From the IMG/VR virus record IMGVR_UViG_3300037108_000012, positions 8,888 through 72,887 of that record: 64,000 bases of DNA; one strand, 5' to 3'. Numbering within the stretch: position 1 is the first letter of the stretch; each line of letters starts with the position of its first letter. The notes below the pieces were generated by a model, which saw nothing but the letters and a program-made list of their open reading frames with translations, was not told the DNA's origin and made no database searches. Origin of the DNA: a virus. The position numbers and the translations under genes are program-made. Shown here one piece after another: positions 1-9,869 of the stretch.

Positions 1-13
1 AACTGAGAACGTG

Positions 14-238
14 TTAAAGGTTAACGACCTCTCGGATTGTGTACCATCCCCAGGGACCGCGCCGATGGATAACGAACCTATCGGGAGCCAAGCAGCCGGA
101 CTCTGGGCCATTGACAAGGTAATTCTGTGCGATCTCGCGGGCTTCGTCGATGGAGTCCACTGGTCCGATAATCTGGTAGTGGTCCCAAACTCCGATTCCT
201 TCTACATCGGCTTCGACTACTAGTATTCCGTATTCCAT
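14..238 (-). CDS. hypothetical protein
   Basis: 74-aa ORF with AGGAG RBS, collinear with the minus-strand arm. Confidence 0.55.
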   Translation of the reverse strand: MEYGILVVEADVEGIGVWDHYQIIGPVDSIDEAREIAQNYLVNGPESGCLAPDRFVIHRRGPWGWYTIREVVNL

Positions 239-265
239 AAAGCATTTCTCCTGAGAATTGAAAGG

Positions 266-634
266 TTATGCCGCGTCAATTTGCAACTGCCATTTGATAG
301 CGCGAACGCGGGAAATAATCGCGTTAATGCGTCCAGCTTCTCGCACTTCCCGCAAGTTGGAATAATCTTTCAGCATGGTAGGAACTTCGACAATAGCGGT
401 GTTAGACCACTCATCAAAATTCTTTTCAGTTCCCGGCTGCTCGTATTGAATTGCCTCTGCAATGGCCGCGCAAGGAACTGAGTTTCCCATCCTGAGAATG
501 GCCGCGCAAATAGCTTGCACTTTGGATTCATTCTCTTCTGTGACCACTTTACAGGTCTTTGCGCGTCCGAGTAAACGAAATTCGGGCGGTGCAACCGTGC
601 TGTACTCGTCGCCAGCCTTCGCAATAATAACCAT
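266..634 (-). CDS. hypothetical protein
   Basis: 122-aa ORF with GGAGG RBS upstream. Confidence 0.6.
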   Translation of the reverse strand: MVIIAKAGDEYSTVAPPEFRLLGRAKTCKVVTEENESKVQAICAAILRMGNSVPCAAIAEAIQYEQPGTEKNFDEWSNTAIVEVPTMLKDYSNLREVREAGRINAIISRVRAIKWQLQIDAA

Positions 635-676
635 AAAGCAATTCCTCCGTGTTCCGTTTGGTTCGCTATCAAACGG

Positions 677-1246
677 TTATTCGAGTGATTCTTTGATTGA
701 CTCCAGTATTGACTTTGGCAGGTCCATCAATTCTTCATCGTCCAAGCCGTTCCACCATGAGAGCCGCTGTGAATCGTCCAAGCCGTTCCACACTGAGAGC
801 CGCTGTGAATCGTCCAAGCCGTTCCACACTGAGAGCCGCTGTGAATAGGTCAAGCCGTTCCACCATGAGAGCCGCTGTGAATCGTCCAAGCCGTTCCACA
901 CTGAGAGCCGCTGTGAATAGGTCAAGCCGTTCCACCATGAGAGCCGCTGTGAATCGTCCAAGCCGTTCCACCATGAGAGCCGCTGTGAATAGGTCAAGCC
1001 GTTCCACCATGAGAGCCGCTGTGAATCGTCCAAGCCGTTCCACCATGAGAGCCGCTGTGAATCGTCCAAGCCGTTCCACCATGAGAGCCGCTGTGAATCG
1101 TCCAAGCCGTTCCACACTGAGAGCCGCTGTGAATAGGTCAAGCCGTTCCACACTGAGAGCCGCTGTGAATAGGTAAAGCCGTTCCACTTGCTTACTCGCT
1201 CGGCTAAGAGTGTTTTGATCTGTGCTACCAGTTCGCTTTTATTCAT
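677..1246 (-). CDS. 12-aa tandem repeat protein, WNGL(DD/TY)SQRLS(W/V)
   Basis: AGGAGG RBS; unique N- and C-caps around 12.5 in-frame repeats. Confidence 0.75.
   Translation of the reverse strand: MNKSELVAQIKTLLAERVSKWNGFTYSQRLSVWNGLTYSQRLSVWNGLDDSQRLSWWNGLDDSQRLSWWNGLDDSQRLSWWNGLTYSQRLSWWNGLDDSQRLSWWNGLTYSQRLSVWNGLDDSQRLSWWNGLTYSQRLSVWNGLDDSQRLSVWNGLDDSQRLSWWNGLDDEELMDLPKSILESIKESLE
737..1186. repeat. 36-bp coding tandem repeat, 12.5 copies, two dimorphic sites
   Basis: unit tccaagccgttccaccatgagagccgctgtgaatcg with variants atcgtc/ataggt and ccatga/cactga. Confidence 0.97.
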
Positions 1247-1296
1247 TGCTCGCGCCTCCTATGCGCGTAGGAATCAATTTGGTTTTCTATCAAAGG

Positions 1297-1464
1297 TTAG
1301 GCCGCTGCCGTTCTGCAAGGTTCGCAATAGTTCAGCATTCCCGGCCTATTTTCGGTTTCCTTGCCGCATCCAATACATATAACGGTAGGATGATCCTTCA
1401 GCGATTGCTTAACGTAATCGTCCCATAACTGGAGTGGTTTAGTTGGTGGACGTGGAATTTTCAT
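1297..1464 (-). CDS. small zinc-ribbon protein (55 aa, not in ORF track)
   Basis: MKIPRPP...CIGCGKE...YCEPCRTAAA; GGGAG RBS. Confidence 0.55.
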   Translation of the reverse strand: MKIPRPPTKPLQLWDDYVKQSLKDHPTVICIGCGKETENRPGMLNYCEPCRTAAA

Positions 1465-1564
1465 TGCTTACGCTCTCCCATAGCGTTAGTAGATGATGCT
1501 TGCGTTATGCTTGCGTGATAGCCTTAGAACGAACTGGAAGGCCACTAGGAACGATTAACAGTGA

Positions 1565-1587
1565 CGGGCAAGGGATTACCCTGCCCG
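1565..1587 (-). terminator. hairpin after the VWA gene
   Basis: cgggcaaggg-atta-ccctgcccg inverted repeat. Confidence 0.45.
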
Positions 1588-1595
1588 CGTAGGAA

Positions 1596-2744
1596 TCAGC
1601 GATTCAAATAAACCGTTTCGCCAAAGGGGGCGGTATTCTGTTCATCGGTTGAAAGCCATATTACCGGCACATTGCAATTCTCAGGGAACGGACCTTCAAG
1701 GTCAGTAATCATAACGGCGCAGACCGCTGTACCTTCGTCTTCAATCGCCTTCAGTACCGGCCTAAAATCAGTTCCACCGAAGCCGGTAGGCTTCCACGTC
1801 AAAGTATCGCCTTTATCAAAGCGGTCAACACTGGACACTTCGGAATCAAAGTAATAGACGTTTACAGCAAGTGGCGAAAGTTCATCTATGATACTTTCCA
1901 GTGTTCCACGGGCAAAAGATAAAGACTCTGCCGATACGCTGCCGCTTGTATCAATGCCTATTGCAATCTCTCCGAGTTCCCTTGACTCAAGAGCGGGCAG
2001 GTACAATCCTTGCGCGATATACCGGGAGTTCGGCCTGCTCCAAGAGTAATCGGAATTGCAGCGTTCTGAAAAGAAGCGGAGTAACAGGGAACGAACGTCG
2101 ATCTTAGCCTTGAGTGAATCCTTGACCGTTCTTGCGAGTCCACCGGGCAATTTGCCGCACATCTTAGCAGCGTTCATGGCTTGACTAGCCTTCTGTTTCC
2201 ATTCCTGCTCAGTGGGAGCGGGTTCACCGTCACTGTCGGGACCAGTGGGAGCGTCCCTTACTTCTCCGAGCGGGTCCGGCTTGCTTTGCCCTTGCGCTGG
2301 ATTATTGCCCTGCCCTTGACCGTTCCCATTGCCGTTAGGTTGCGGCTTGTCATTCTGTTGAACGCGGGCATAATGCCATTCCGCCGATTTTCCCGAAACA
2401 CTAGGAAACAATGATCCAGCGGGCAAAGTAAAGCCGGAATCACGTAATTCTGAATTTATGGAATAATCACAGGCGATATTCCAATTTTTAGAATCGCGAG
2501 CTTCTCTCCGCCATGGGTGACCCATTGCACAGTGAAACACTTCATGCGCGACTAACGCGGTAATCCTATCATGCGGTAAGGAATCAATAAAAGCTGGATT
2601 GTAGCCTAGGGACCGCCCGTCAGTCCATGCGGTCTCACAGCTTGTATCCTCTTTGAACTTCAAGGATAAGGCAAGGGAACCAAAAAAAGGTTGGTCTAAA
2701 ACTAACGAAACGCGGGCAGCGGTCATTTTGCTTTGAGCGGTCAT
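1596..2744 (-). CDS. DUF2201-type metallopeptidase plus VWA-like domain protein
   Basis: TAWTDG, HEVFH zinc motif, WNIACD, C-terminal DTSGS MIDAS, GGTDF and TD motifs; start revised to MTAQSKM at 2744 (RBS, and TTGACA-18-TACAGT promoter upstream). Confidence 0.88.
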   Translation of the reverse strand: MTAQSKMTAARVSLVLDQPFFGSLALSLKFKEDTSCETAWTDGRSLGYNPAFIDSLPHDRITALVAHEVFHCAMGHPWRREARDSKNWNIACDYSINSELRDSGFTLPAGSLFPSVSGKSAEWHYARVQQNDKPQPNGNGNGQGQGNNPAQGQSKPDPLGEVRDAPTGPDSDGEPAPTEQEWKQKASQAMNAAKMCGKLPGGLARTVKDSLKAKIDVRSLLLRFFSERCNSDYSWSRPNSRYIAQGLYLPALESRELGEIAIGIDTSGSVSAESLSFARGTLESIIDELSPLAVNVYYFDSEVSSVDRFDKGDTLTWKPTGFGGTDFRPVLKAIEDEGTAVCAVMITDLEGPFPENCNVPVIWLSTDEQNTAPFGETVYLNR

Positions 2745-2850
2745 AGAATCCTTCCCGTAATGCTTGCGTCCATGCTTGCTAAACTGTATTCGATACGGCA
2801 AACGATTGTCAAATGTGCCCGCATAACGGAGCGGGCAGGCCGATAGGAAT

Positions 2851-3720
2851 TTAGAAGATATTCCCATACGTTGCATTCATTGAATCGAGGATTGACTGCG
2901 CTTGCTTTGCGGTATCATGCCGTACATCGGCATTGTCGCGCAAGGTCTGAGGTTCCGTGGAAGCGAGGAGTTCCGTTTGACGGCGGAGCGCTTCAAGTTG
3001 TGGATCTTCGGTGACGTTCAAACGTGTAAGCACATCACACAATTCCCGCGCATTCCCGATAAGCGTATCGCGGAAAATTGCATCAGGAGAAGAGCATTTT
3101 TCGACTATCGCGGAAACTACTTTCCGCAAGCGGTCTACTGCTCCATCTTTGCCAGTCATCGCAGCGGTGAATGCTTGCGATACGCGGGCTTCAGTGCGGG
3201 CTGCAATGGTATCAATCTCAGATTGTGCAAGGGTAACGCGGAAGTCAGTACCTTGCGGAACTGGAGCGTATTCCACGGTCCATTCGTAGCGGTCTCGGAT
3301 ATTTGTAGGATAATCGGAGTCCTGAAACATTCCGTTTAGAACGCGCTGCGCCTCAAGCCGATAGGATGGATACTCTGAAATGAAGTCAGACAAGAGACTA
3401 TCGGCAGTGTGAAAGCCTTGCCGAATGGTATCAGTGTATGCCTGATAATTTTTCACCGGGAGCATTCTCCAACCGTCATCGGACCATGGCAGAGTTTGCG
3501 CATAGTTGAGCACGCGCAAGTTGGCAATGTGCGAGACCAGCGCTTTGTAAGCTGGCGCATCGCCAGGTAACAGGCATTTATTGTACCTGCCCGCATCGAG
3601 AGTGGTTCCGTGAGCGGTTGCGGTATCCTGAGACACTTTGCGGTCATACTTGCGGGCGGACCATGCGCTGATACGCAAGCTAACGAGCATTGCGCGTGTA
3701 TGAAGATCATTCGTGGTCAT
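2851..3720 (-). CDS. DUF3150-like protein of AAA/VWA clusters
   Basis: W..RK.D, TLPW.DDG.R.LP and IFRDTL..N motifs; located between the AAA and VWA genes. Confidence 0.65.
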   Translation of the reverse strand: MTTNDLHTRAMLVSLRISAWSARKYDRKVSQDTATAHGTTLDAGRYNKCLLPGDAPAYKALVSHIANLRVLNYAQTLPWSDDGWRMLPVKNYQAYTDTIRQGFHTADSLLSDFISEYPSYRLEAQRVLNGMFQDSDYPTNIRDRYEWTVEYAPVPQGTDFRVTLAQSEIDTIAARTEARVSQAFTAAMTGKDGAVDRLRKVVSAIVEKCSSPDAIFRDTLIGNARELCDVLTRLNVTEDPQLEALRRQTELLASTEPQTLRDNADVRHDTAKQAQSILDSMNATYGNIF

Positions 3721-3779
3721 TTTCGTATTCTCCTGATAATCGGTTATGGTACGTTTACAGCATGGCGGAAGGATAAAAA

Positions 3780-4814
3780 TTACTCTCTGCCGCTTATCAA
3801 TTGCCCGATAGGACCGCTATTCAAACGAACGAAAGAATCGGTGTACTGAATTTTTTCGTCACGGCGGATAGCGTCACGGATAAGCAAGACAGCGAATTCT
3901 CCATGCTGCGCTTCGGTGTAGAGGCGAGTGGCGTAGGTTGCGATACGGTTGAAGTTCATATCGTTTGCGCGGGCGGCGAGTCCTACCGATACAGCATACA
4001 ATTCGCTAGGCTTGCTAGGAATTGCGGCAGTATCGGGAGCTAACAGAATCGCGTCAAGGTTGACAAGTGACCGATACATTGACCGAAAAGACAGGTACTC
4101 TAGCGCTGCGCCTTCTCCCACTGCGCCGGAAAATGCGGCAGACTCAATATCAGCGGGCAAGTTGAGCGCTTCGAGTTTGGCAACGTGCGACCACGTTCTT
4201 GGAACAGGCGAGTTTGTTAGGTCTGCCGTTGCTTGAAAGTTGCACAGAAGATCGGAGCGGAAGCGCAAAAATGCAATGAGCATAGGACTAACGCTATGAG
4301 CGTATGCCCATGTACTCCAGTCATCGATATTGGCTTCAAGGTCAACGATACAGGCAAACCGGGATTTTACCGGCTCTAAAATCCCTGATACTCCAGCGCG
4401 GTCACTGCGCCGATTCGTCGCGGCAACAAAGGTAATGCAATCCGGCAGAATGTGCCCGTTTACCCGTCGCGCAAGGATAAGTTGCATAAAGCTAGCTTGC
4501 ACAGCAGGAGTTGCTTGACCTAGATCGTCAAGCAGCCAAACAGTAGGACGAACGGCATTTATTGCCGTTGCCAGTTCGCCAAACGGCAGGAAAGTGGCGG
4601 TGTTTCCATCGGCTTTCGGCCATGGGAGACCTTTAGCATCGGTAGGATCTGCTACGGCAGGATGTGAGATTAGAAGGTCTGCTCCCGCACTAGCAGCCGC
4701 TTGTGCGATAATGTCGGACTTTCCTACTCCCGGAGCACCTGTAATCAGTAAAGGCAAACGGGCAGGAATCATGGCTGCAAGTAACGCGGTCAATTGTTTT
4801 GGCGATACGCTCAT
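3780..4814 (-). CDS. MoxR-like AAA+ ATPase
   Basis: Walker A GAPGVGKS, Walker B LLDDLG, AATNR, SRF arginine finger, PRTW. Confidence 0.9.
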   Translation of the reverse strand: MSVSPKQLTALLAAMIPARLPLLITGAPGVGKSDIIAQAAASAGADLLISHPAVADPTDAKGLPWPKADGNTATFLPFGELATAINAVRPTVWLLDDLGQATPAVQASFMQLILARRVNGHILPDCITFVAATNRRSDRAGVSGILEPVKSRFACIVDLEANIDDWSTWAYAHSVSPMLIAFLRFRSDLLCNFQATADLTNSPVPRTWSHVAKLEALNLPADIESAAFSGAVGEGAALEYLSFRSMYRSLVNLDAILLAPDTAAIPSKPSELYAVSVGLAARANDMNFNRIATYATRLYTEAQHGEFAVLLIRDAIRRDEKIQYTDSFVRLNSGPIGQLISGRE

Positions 4815-4871
4815 AAAATCACCTCGAAATGAATTACCGATATGCGCTTCGGCGGACGGTTAAACAAAGGT

Positions 4872-5054
4872 CTAGTGAATTTCAGCATCAGGCGCAAAGC
4901 GCTCGCCAGCGTGAATGCGTCCAAAACAATGGCAAGATACCTTTGTTTGATCGTGACCGCAAGACTCATACAAGCCATTCACGACCCAAGCCTGATGCGT
5001 GTAATCAAAGCCGTTCACGTTCAAAGGGTACTGGTTTGGATTCTCAAGTTTCAT
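4872..5054 (-). CDS. hypothetical small Cys/His protein
   Basis: 60-aa ORF with CGH...CHC and AGGAG RBS. Confidence 0.5.
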   Translation of the reverse strand: MKLENPNQYPLNVNGFDYTHQAWVVNGLYESCGHDQTKVSCHCFGRIHAGERFAPDAEIH

Positions 5055-5089
5055 CGGTTAATCTCCTGTACAACACTCTATACTTAGCA

Positions 5090-6075
5090 AGCAACGTGCC
5101 AAACTCTATAAACGTGTATATAGTTGATTTTAATGAGAGACGATTAAAAGCAGAGTGGTATTTATTTACCACTTCCCCAAGAAAAGAGAAAACATTTACC
5201 ACTATTTAGGGAAGCATTTATTTATGTTGCGTAGAATCAACATCTTAGATTTTATAGGCGCGATAGGAATAAAGGGACACTGCCCGCGTGCATCTATATA
5301 TAGGATAGCGGGAGCGGAACCCATAGGCCGATAGGAATTAAATACTACTTATCTGGTAGACACTATAAAGGGTAGACTATGGACGCGGTAGCGGCAGGGA
5401 CCGCGCAGCGGTCTCGCACTCAGTCGCAAATAATCTTTATTCGAGCAGCCTGTATTTGTTCCATCGGACGCCGATTATTATTTCATCGCGCCGATTATTA
5501 TTTGTTCCGCTCAACTTTAATTAAATTACGTTTGTACACACTTAAACGCGGTATTTATTACAGGAGGAGTAACGCCTTTATTGCCACCAACGATCTTCGA
5601 TTAAGCGCTATCAAGAAACAGGCGCAAGAAAACGCGGTCAAGGCGCATCGGCGAGCGCTGTGAGCCGGTACAGGCGCATCTATCGGCGCGGGAGCGCTCA
5701 ACAGGCCGGTAAAGGCCATAAACAGGCTATTTAGGCGCATATTTAGGGATTATGGGTGCAATGGGATCGATACAGGGAGCGGAGCGGTAGAGCCGATTCT
5801 ACCAAAAGAGGATAAAAGTTACCTTTTGAGTACCATAATGGCAGTATTGTTACTATAATTGTCTTTATTGTGGCGTAAGAATTGCTAGTCGAGTTGTCCA
5901 CCACCACGCCGACCATCGAAGGCTACGACGCCTCAAGTCGTTGTAAGTAAACAACTTAGAAATCAAGAAGCGCAGAAAAATAATATAAAATTTATTGAGA
6001 ATAGTGGCGCAGAAAAATAAAAAGAAAATAGTTGTAATAAGAATACAAGTGTGATAATATAACAACAAGTGAGGT
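5090..6075. promoter_or_regulatory. divergent non-coding control region; possible packaging/terminus or origin region
   Basis: switch of coding strand, AT-rich tracts, direct repeat cgccgattattattt x2 (about 5470-5503), IHF-consensus AATCAAcatcTTA at 5235-5247. Confidence 0.45.
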
Positions 6076-6081
6076 AAGAGT

Positions 6082-6234
6082 ATGAATTTGAAAGATTTGT
6101 TAGTAAAGTGTGGGCGGTGTGGTCATGAATGGCAAAAACGGATAGAGAAACCCGTTCACTGTCCGAAGTGTAAATCTCCGTATTGGAACAAGCCGAGGGT
6201 ACGTGAAAAGAAAGTGGTGAGTGATGGGCGGTAG
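6082..6234 (+). CDS. small zinc-ribbon protein (50 aa, not in ORF track)
   Basis: CGRCGHEW...CPKCKSPYW; GAGG RBS. Confidence 0.75.
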   Translation: MNLKDLLVKCGRCGHEWQKRIEKPVHCPKCKSPYWNKPRVREKKVVSDGR

Positions 6235-6580
6235 AGATAAATTTGAATCAGTGTTTAGGATAGTTCGCAAACAGGTATTGGAGCGCGATGGAAACCGCTG
6301 CGTGAAGTGTGGTTTGGCGCTCGAACTTGAGGTTCATCATATTGACGGCTATACGCATAATGAAATGGGAGATTTGGTTACGCTTTGCTATCTTTGCCAC
6401 GGAATAGCGCCGATGGGCAAAGAGTTGTTCGATCAGTGGATGTTGATAGGAGAAGATGGAGTAGATGTGATTCGCAGACGGCTGGCGAAAAACGGGTTAA
6501 AAGGGATGAAGCGGGAACAGGTTATTATTTTCTGTTCTACGCTAGTTGAACTCAATTTTTATACGAAAAGGCGCAATTGA
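6221..6580 (+). CDS. HNH endonuclease
   Basis: VLERDGNRCVKCG...LEVHHI...DLVTLCYLCH. Confidence 0.85.
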   Translation: MMGGRDKFESVFRIVRKQVLERDGNRCVKCGLALELEVHHIDGYTHNEMGDLVTLCYLCHGIAPMGKELFDQWMLIGEDGVDVIRRRLAKNGLKGMKREQVIIFCSTLVELNFYTKRRN

Positions 6581-6954
6581 AAATGGCAAGGGATCGTATA
6601 AAGGCTAATACGGGACGCTGTGAGGGGATAAAACCGTATGGCTCCAAGGAAGGCGAAGAATATGTTTTAGAGAAAATAAAGGAACTGTATTTAGATGGAA
6701 AAAACTCAAAACAAATTGCACAACAGATCAACGCTGAAAAAATTTTGTCTAGGTATGGAAAGGAATGGATAGCACAATCTATAACGAAGATTTTGGTGCG
6801 CGAAGGATTTATAAAACAAAAAAGGCAAGCTAGAAAGATTCGTTTACCTTTTCCGCAAGATTTACCGAGCCGTACCTATATCGAGACTGACAGGGGGAGG
6901 TGTGTGGGTTCCGGTAATGATGGGCGGCGTAGAGCAGCGCAAAATTCTTCTTGA
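6577..6954 (+). CDS. serine-recombinase-type DNA-binding (recombinase) domain, no catalytic domain
   Basis: GRCEGIKPYG, IAQQIN, SRYGKEW...I..IL; probably frameshifted from the HNH ORF. Confidence 0.65.
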   Translation: MKMARDRIKANTGRCEGIKPYGSKEGEEYVLEKIKELYLDGKNSKQIAQQINAEKILSRYGKEWIAQSITKILVREGFIKQKRQARKIRLPFPQDLPSRTYIETDRGRCVGSGNDGRRRAAQNSS

Positions 6955-7007
6955 CAGTGAGCGCAGCACATGATACAAATGTAGCATAGAGATCAGGAGA
7001 TGGATAT

Positions 7008-7211
7008 ATGGCGGTTTTGAGTTTGCGTGATGTTCCGGAAGAAATGATGCGGTCTTTGAGGGTGGATGCGGCGGCGTCAGGGAAGACGCTACGTGAGTTG
7101 TGCATGGAGCGTCTGGTGCCTGATGGGGGCAAGGCGTGGATTCCGGTGACGGTCAATGGAGAACCTATTGCAGAGACGGCAGCGCGTAAGGCGCGAGATA
7201 TAGAAGTGTAA
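7008..7211 (+). CDS. ribbon-helix-helix (FitA/Arc-like) regulator
   Basis: LSLRDVPEEMMRSLRVDAAASGKTLRE; promoter TTGACA(6951)-17-TACAAA with TG extension. Confidence 0.75.
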   Translation: MAVLSLRDVPEEMMRSLRVDAAASGKTLRELCMERLVPDGGKAWIPVTVNGEPIAETAARKARDIEV

Positions 7212-7430
7212 GCGGTACGACTGGGAGGTATTAGGAATGACTGAAACTGGCGGAGTTGGGGTTCTGGAGATTGAGGAGCCTGTGGTGAGGCATAAGGCTC
7301 AGGCGTCGTCAGGTAGGGTTGGCGGGAGTGGTGGCGGTAAAGTGGTGGCGACGGGTGAGGAGACGGATGGGGTAGAGGTAACAGGCGAGTCAATGAGCGA
7401 GAAGCGTCCGCATAGGAAATGGGGAGAGAA

Positions 7431-7808
7431 ATGAAAATAAGAATTACCGGACTAATTTTGATTGTGATGTGTGGTTGCCACTCTATTCAAACTGCGGCAC
7501 CCATATTGGACGCAAAAAAAGATACTTCGTCAACTGACATTATCCTAAAACAGGTGCGATGGAAAGTTGATTACGCGGATAAGTCTAGTATGTTTACTGA
7601 GCGTACATATCAATGTATCTCTGAGATGTATTCTCTTGCTTATACCCCTGTAGATAACGGACCAGTGTGTCGAGAGTCATGTAAACTGTTCGCAGAGGTT
7701 AATTCTTTTGTGGACAGTGCTCCAATTTACATAGAGAATCCACAACGATACAGTCTTAAAGGAAAAGGTGGTATATGTGAAAAGAAGTATAGAAAATGGA
7801 AACAATAA
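7431..7808 (+). CDS. putative lipoprotein/exported protein
   Basis: MKIRITGLILIVMCGC, a hydrophobic signal with lipobox-like Cys. Confidence 0.5.
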   Translation: MKIRITGLILIVMCGCHSIQTAAPILDAKKDTSSTDIILKQVRWKVDYADKSSMFTERTYQCISEMYSLAYTPVDNGPVCRESCKLFAEVNSFVDSAPIYIENPQRYSLKGKGGICEKKYRKWKQ

Positions 7809-8239
7809 AAGATAGCGCCCATTGCCCACGATGCTTTCACCTTATTGGAGAACATCTGTATTGTAAGGATCACGGTGGCGACTTTGAAAACGAGAAGGTG
7901 AGCAAGTTGCCGACCAGAAAAATTGATCCGTGCCCACCAGAAGCGGTATATGATTTTGACCACAGGTGGTGGGACTTTCTTGATTTTACTGGGAGTGTAA
8001 AGTGAAACGCTTTTTGTGCTGGCTCAGGTTCGGTCACGTATGGAAAGAACTAGGAGACATGGACGTGCGGGGCAGGAAGTGTACAATGTGGCAATGCACT
8101 CACTGTGCGCTGACTGAATTGTTTGATGTGTTGACGGGAGAGAGACGATGATGGATAAGATGTTTTATGGTTTAGCTTATTCAGTTCTAGTGGTTTTAGG
8201 ATTGATGGTTTTTGAGGCAATTTTGAAGGGGATGGATAA

Positions 8240-8587
8240 ATGACCGTATCCGATGAGCGTCTATACCAGTTGGCCTACGATCCGATGATGTGCAACATCT
8301 CAGAAGAGGTACAGGAGTGCTTGGCTGAATTAGTTGTGTATAGGAATGCCGGAAAACATGAATCGCTTAGGAAGACGAAAACACCAGAGTATAATCATGA
8401 TACCGGAGAAGAATTAGAAGAAGGATGCTATATGATGGTTAAATCAGAGGACGGTCTATGTGATCCGATTACCGGCTGTCCGGGATGCGCACAGGAAAGA
8501 CGAAGACGTAATAAATCTCTACAGGATAACACAGTAGTTTGGAACAAAGGCTGTAAGGCAACAGAGAAAGGGTTGGTAAAGAAATGA
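8240..8587 (+). CDS. hypothetical protein
   Basis: 115-aa ORF in a co-oriented cluster. Confidence 0.5.
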   Translation: MTVSDERLYQLAYDPMMCNISEEVQECLAELVVYRNAGKHESLRKTKTPEYNHDTGEELEEGCYMMVKSEDGLCDPITGCPGCAQERRRRNKSLQDNTVVWNKGCKATEKGLVKK

Positions 8588-9076
8588 AGAACATTGTTGC
8601 AGGAGTTCTTATTGTAGTTGTTTTATTGCAATATGGAATTCTAATATACAAAGGTTTCACGGATGGATGGCCTAAATGGGGGAGAAAATTAGGGAATGCC
8701 AAAGATAGTAAACAGTAGGTTTCTTGAGCGAGTGGACGATGTTTTGGGGATGGTTGAGTACAGGAAGACTTTGATGGCGTTGAAGTTTCTGCGGTGGGAG
8801 TTGGAGGGAAAACGATGAGCGACCGCGATTGGGTTAGACGACGTTTCCCCGAGGCAATTGAGTGCCATGCGTGGATTCAGTGGGATGGAGTTTACTACGC
8901 GATCATCGGAATACCGGGGTTCAGGATAATTTCATACCTCGGTTTAGATGAGACATGGAAGGCCGCGCGGGTTTTTATTGAAACCGGAGTTCAGTGGGCG
9001 TGCGGAAGGAAGGTTAGCGATGAGCGACAAGATTCCTTCGATTAGCCTGGAAGATTTTACGAGGAGGAAATACGGG

Positions 9077-9598
9077 ATGAGCGACAAGATTGTTGTACCA
9101 GAAGGGATGCTGATGGCGGCAAAAGACGCCACTGCAACGATGCGTCTGAATATTGAACAATACCTGTTTGACACTCAGACCAAAATGGCCCTAGAAGCGG
9201 CTCTGCGCTGGCTGTCGGAGCACCCGATTCTTCCAACGAAAGAGCAAATAGAACATTTTAATCAGATACCATCTACTCAATACACAACGGATATAATCGT
9301 CGAATGGCAAAGGATAGAATTCCTAGCGCCGGATACGGAAGTATGTCCTATTGAGAAAGCTTTACTTGACAGCGGTGTAACGGTTAATAACGATTGGCTT
9401 TGCCCTGAATGCGAGGGAGTACATCGGGCGATAATCCCAAAGCCGGAAGATATTCAATCCGAAAGAGAAATTATAGACCAATGGCTTCGTAAACACCAGC
9501 CGAACGGGAGTCGTGTTTCACTTGTAGGAGATAAGATGGCTCAAGAATTATTGAATGAACTCGAAGCCTACCGGCGCGGCCAGGAGTTAGGTAAGTAA
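9077..9598 (+). CDS. hypothetical mosaic phage protein
   Basis: GAGGAGG RBS before MSDKIVVPEGML; C-terminal EAYRRG. Confidence 0.6.
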   Translation: MSDKIVVPEGMLMAAKDATATMRLNIEQYLFDTQTKMALEAALRWLSEHPILPTKEQIEHFNQIPSTQYTTDIIVEWQRIEFLAPDTEVCPIEKALLDSGVTVNNDWLCPECEGVHRAIIPKPEDIQSEREIIDQWLRKHQPNGSRVSLVGDKMAQELLNELEAYRRGQELGK

Positions 9599-9869
9599 TG
9601 GACGACCGGTGCGGAGAGTACGCGGCAAGTTTCATCCCTCGTTGGGGAGCGTACTTTTCGTGTGTGTTACAAAAAGGACACGATGGGGAGCATAGGGCTG
9701 GTGGAGAGTGTGTGAAGCACGGAAAGTACGTGATGGAGCATACAGGGCAAGTACCGCAGTGCCCCAAGTGGCCTGATTGCGTGAAAATAGGCGCAGAAAA
9801 ACCTTGACATTCTCCTGCGCTTATGAGAGAGTATGGAAGTGAAACCTTACTACGAAATAAGGAGAATAA

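Noticed and set aside
737-1186. 36-bp repeats as a CRISPR array
   Set aside because: The units are contiguous with no unique spacers and keep an open frame with RBS and caps
697-1187. Alternative-frame repeat ORFs (697+, 735-, 462+)
   Set aside because: They are shadows of the stop-free repeat and lack an RBS
6577-6954. Functional integrase or prophage boundary
   Set aside because: No catalytic serine domain, no att-like duplication and no host genes
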